From assembly GCA_003214175.1 (NCBI GenBank), contig QCLZ01000003.1, positions 1 through 24,000 on the forward strand: a DNA stretch of 24,000 nucleotides, written 5' to 3'. Below, piece after piece: positions 23,290-24,000 of this stretch. The notes beneath the pieces were generated by a model, which did no database searches, was not told the DNA's origin, and saw nothing but the letters and a program-made list of their open reading frames with translations. Every line of letters begins with the position of its first letter. Position 1 is the first letter of the stretch. This stretch comes from Prochlorococcus sp. AG-418-I20 (lineage in GTDB: Bacteria > Cyanobacteriota > Cyanobacteriia > PCC-6307 > Cyanobiaceae). The position numbers and the translations under genes were made by a program.

Positions 23290-23493
23290 AATTAATACTA
23301 TTTATTTATTAAATAATAAATAAATATTAAACGTTAGCAAATAAAATTTTCTCAAGATTCACTTCTAAATGTCGAAAAAAACTGTTTACAAATAAACAAA
23401 AGATTATTGCAGTAATCTTAAATGCTTTTGAAATTGCAATAATTAGCCTTTTTTCGGGCGACAGACCCTCCAAAGTTATCCAAAGATATACAA

Positions 23494-23514
23494 ATCCTCG
23501 CCCATTCCTCGCCC
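23494..23514. repeat. segment-private tandem repeat ATCCTCGCCC|ATTCCTCGCCC
   Basis: Partner of 22597-22618. It is preceded by the shared CAAAGTTATCCAAAGATATACAA context. Confidence 0.75.
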
Positions 23515-23541
23515 GCAGAGATTTTAAGACAAATGAGAAAT

Positions 23542-23566
23542 AAAAAAGCGAGTTGGGAGACTCGCT
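23542..23566 (-). terminator. terminator travelling with the tRNA-Pro fragment
   Basis: On the minus strand 3' of fragment i, a perfect stem AGCGAGT/ACTCGCT is followed by a T-run. Confidence 0.65.
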
Positions 23567-23589
23567 ACTATGACTTGGTTTTTAAATGG

Positions 23590-23639
23590 TCGGGGCGACA
23601 GGATTCGAACCTGCGACCTAGTGCTCCCAAAGCACCCGC
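23590..23639 (-). repeat. partial tRNA-Pro(UGG) 3' segment, copy i (long form)
   Basis: TCGGGGCGACAGGATTCGAACCTGCGACCTAGTGCTCCCAAAGCACCCGC. Both flanks are homologous to those of copy g. Confidence 0.9.
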
Positions 23640-23724
23640 AAGAATAAGACTATAACTGAGACTTATAGCCATAACAGTACTTTTCAGGAATAAAGTATGG
23701 ACTAAAGTGGACTAGTTTCGATTC

Positions 23725-23746
23725 ATTTGAGGGAATTTTGAGGGAA
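23725..23746. repeat. tandem repeat ATTTGAGGGAA|TTTTGAGGGAA
   Basis: Occupies the same position after fragment i as 21093-21113 does after fragment g. Its partner would lie beyond the window end. Confidence 0.7.
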
Positions 23747-23790
23747 TTAAAAATAAGCTATTTTTAAATAAATTTTGCATAAGATTTAAT

Positions 23791-23840
23791 TTGACAGAAG
23801 ATCTACAATTAGGGAAAATTGGCTGAGGTTTTATCCAAAA
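23791..23840 (+). promoter_or_regulatory. diverged leader element copy P11 (TTGACAGAAGATC + TACAAT)
   Basis: 11 of 13 positions of the invariant block are kept and a TANNNT box is present. The downstream structure is unclear. Confidence 0.4.
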
Positions 23841-24000
23841 AAGAGAAAAAAATAACTTAATTAATTCATAAATTGCTTTTATAAGAAAATAAATTTAAAT
23901 TAAAATTAAAGCGTTTTAACTTAAGAATTGAAAAGAATAAAATTTCCTAAGTTCGAAAATTTAAAAGATATACAAGATTGGGCTGAGCAATATGATGATT

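Noticed and set aside
1190-23639. The ~46-50-bp repeats as a CRISPR array
   Set aside because: Spacing is 0.8-5.5 kb and irregular, with genes in between. The repeat is recognisably a tRNA 3' portion, and there are no cas genes.
1190-23639. Any of the ten copies as a functional tRNA-Pro gene
   Set aside because: None continues into a D-arm or 5' acceptor strand. The sequence after AGCAC(T/CCGC) diverges immediately in every copy.

Overview
The window is strongly AT-rich and carries short, mostly orphan genes. The recognisable content is an hli high-light-inducible gene, an RRM RNA-binding protein, DUF1330, PAP/fibrillin, an autotransporter-like barrel, SHOCT, an M48-like protease, a J-domain protein, and many tiny membrane or secreted ORFs. 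Together with repeated tRNA-Pro 3' segments, this looks like a hypervariable genomic island of a marine picocyanobacterium of the Prochlorococcus high-light-clade type. That assignment is inference and was not checked by any search. I found no rRNA, no intact tRNA, no CRISPR array and no recognisable integrase or transposase. The dominant structure is non-coding and has five parts. (1) Ten partial copies of the 3' part of tRNA-Pro(UGG), all on the minus strand, cut the window into about 10 cargo segments of roughly 0.8-5.5 kb. (2) Tandem GC-rich 10-12-bp repeats are private to each segment and match at the two ends of the same segment in 8 segments. (3) Symmetric GACCTAGTGC-N7-GCACTAGGTC sites mimic an extended anticodon stem-loop. 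(4) Twelve same-orientation copies of a ~45-bp leader element carry a 15-bp palindrome GATTGACAGTCGATC, a TANNNT box, a GC hairpin and a T-run. In 9 copies a start codon follows almost immediately. (5) A cassette-like run of secreted-protein genes shares a signal peptide conserved at nucleotide level. Together this reads as an array of non-autonomous cassettes stacked at a tRNA-Pro att site, each with its own end repeats and its own promoter. The segment-private end repeats and the leader element are the parts I cannot map to any described system.
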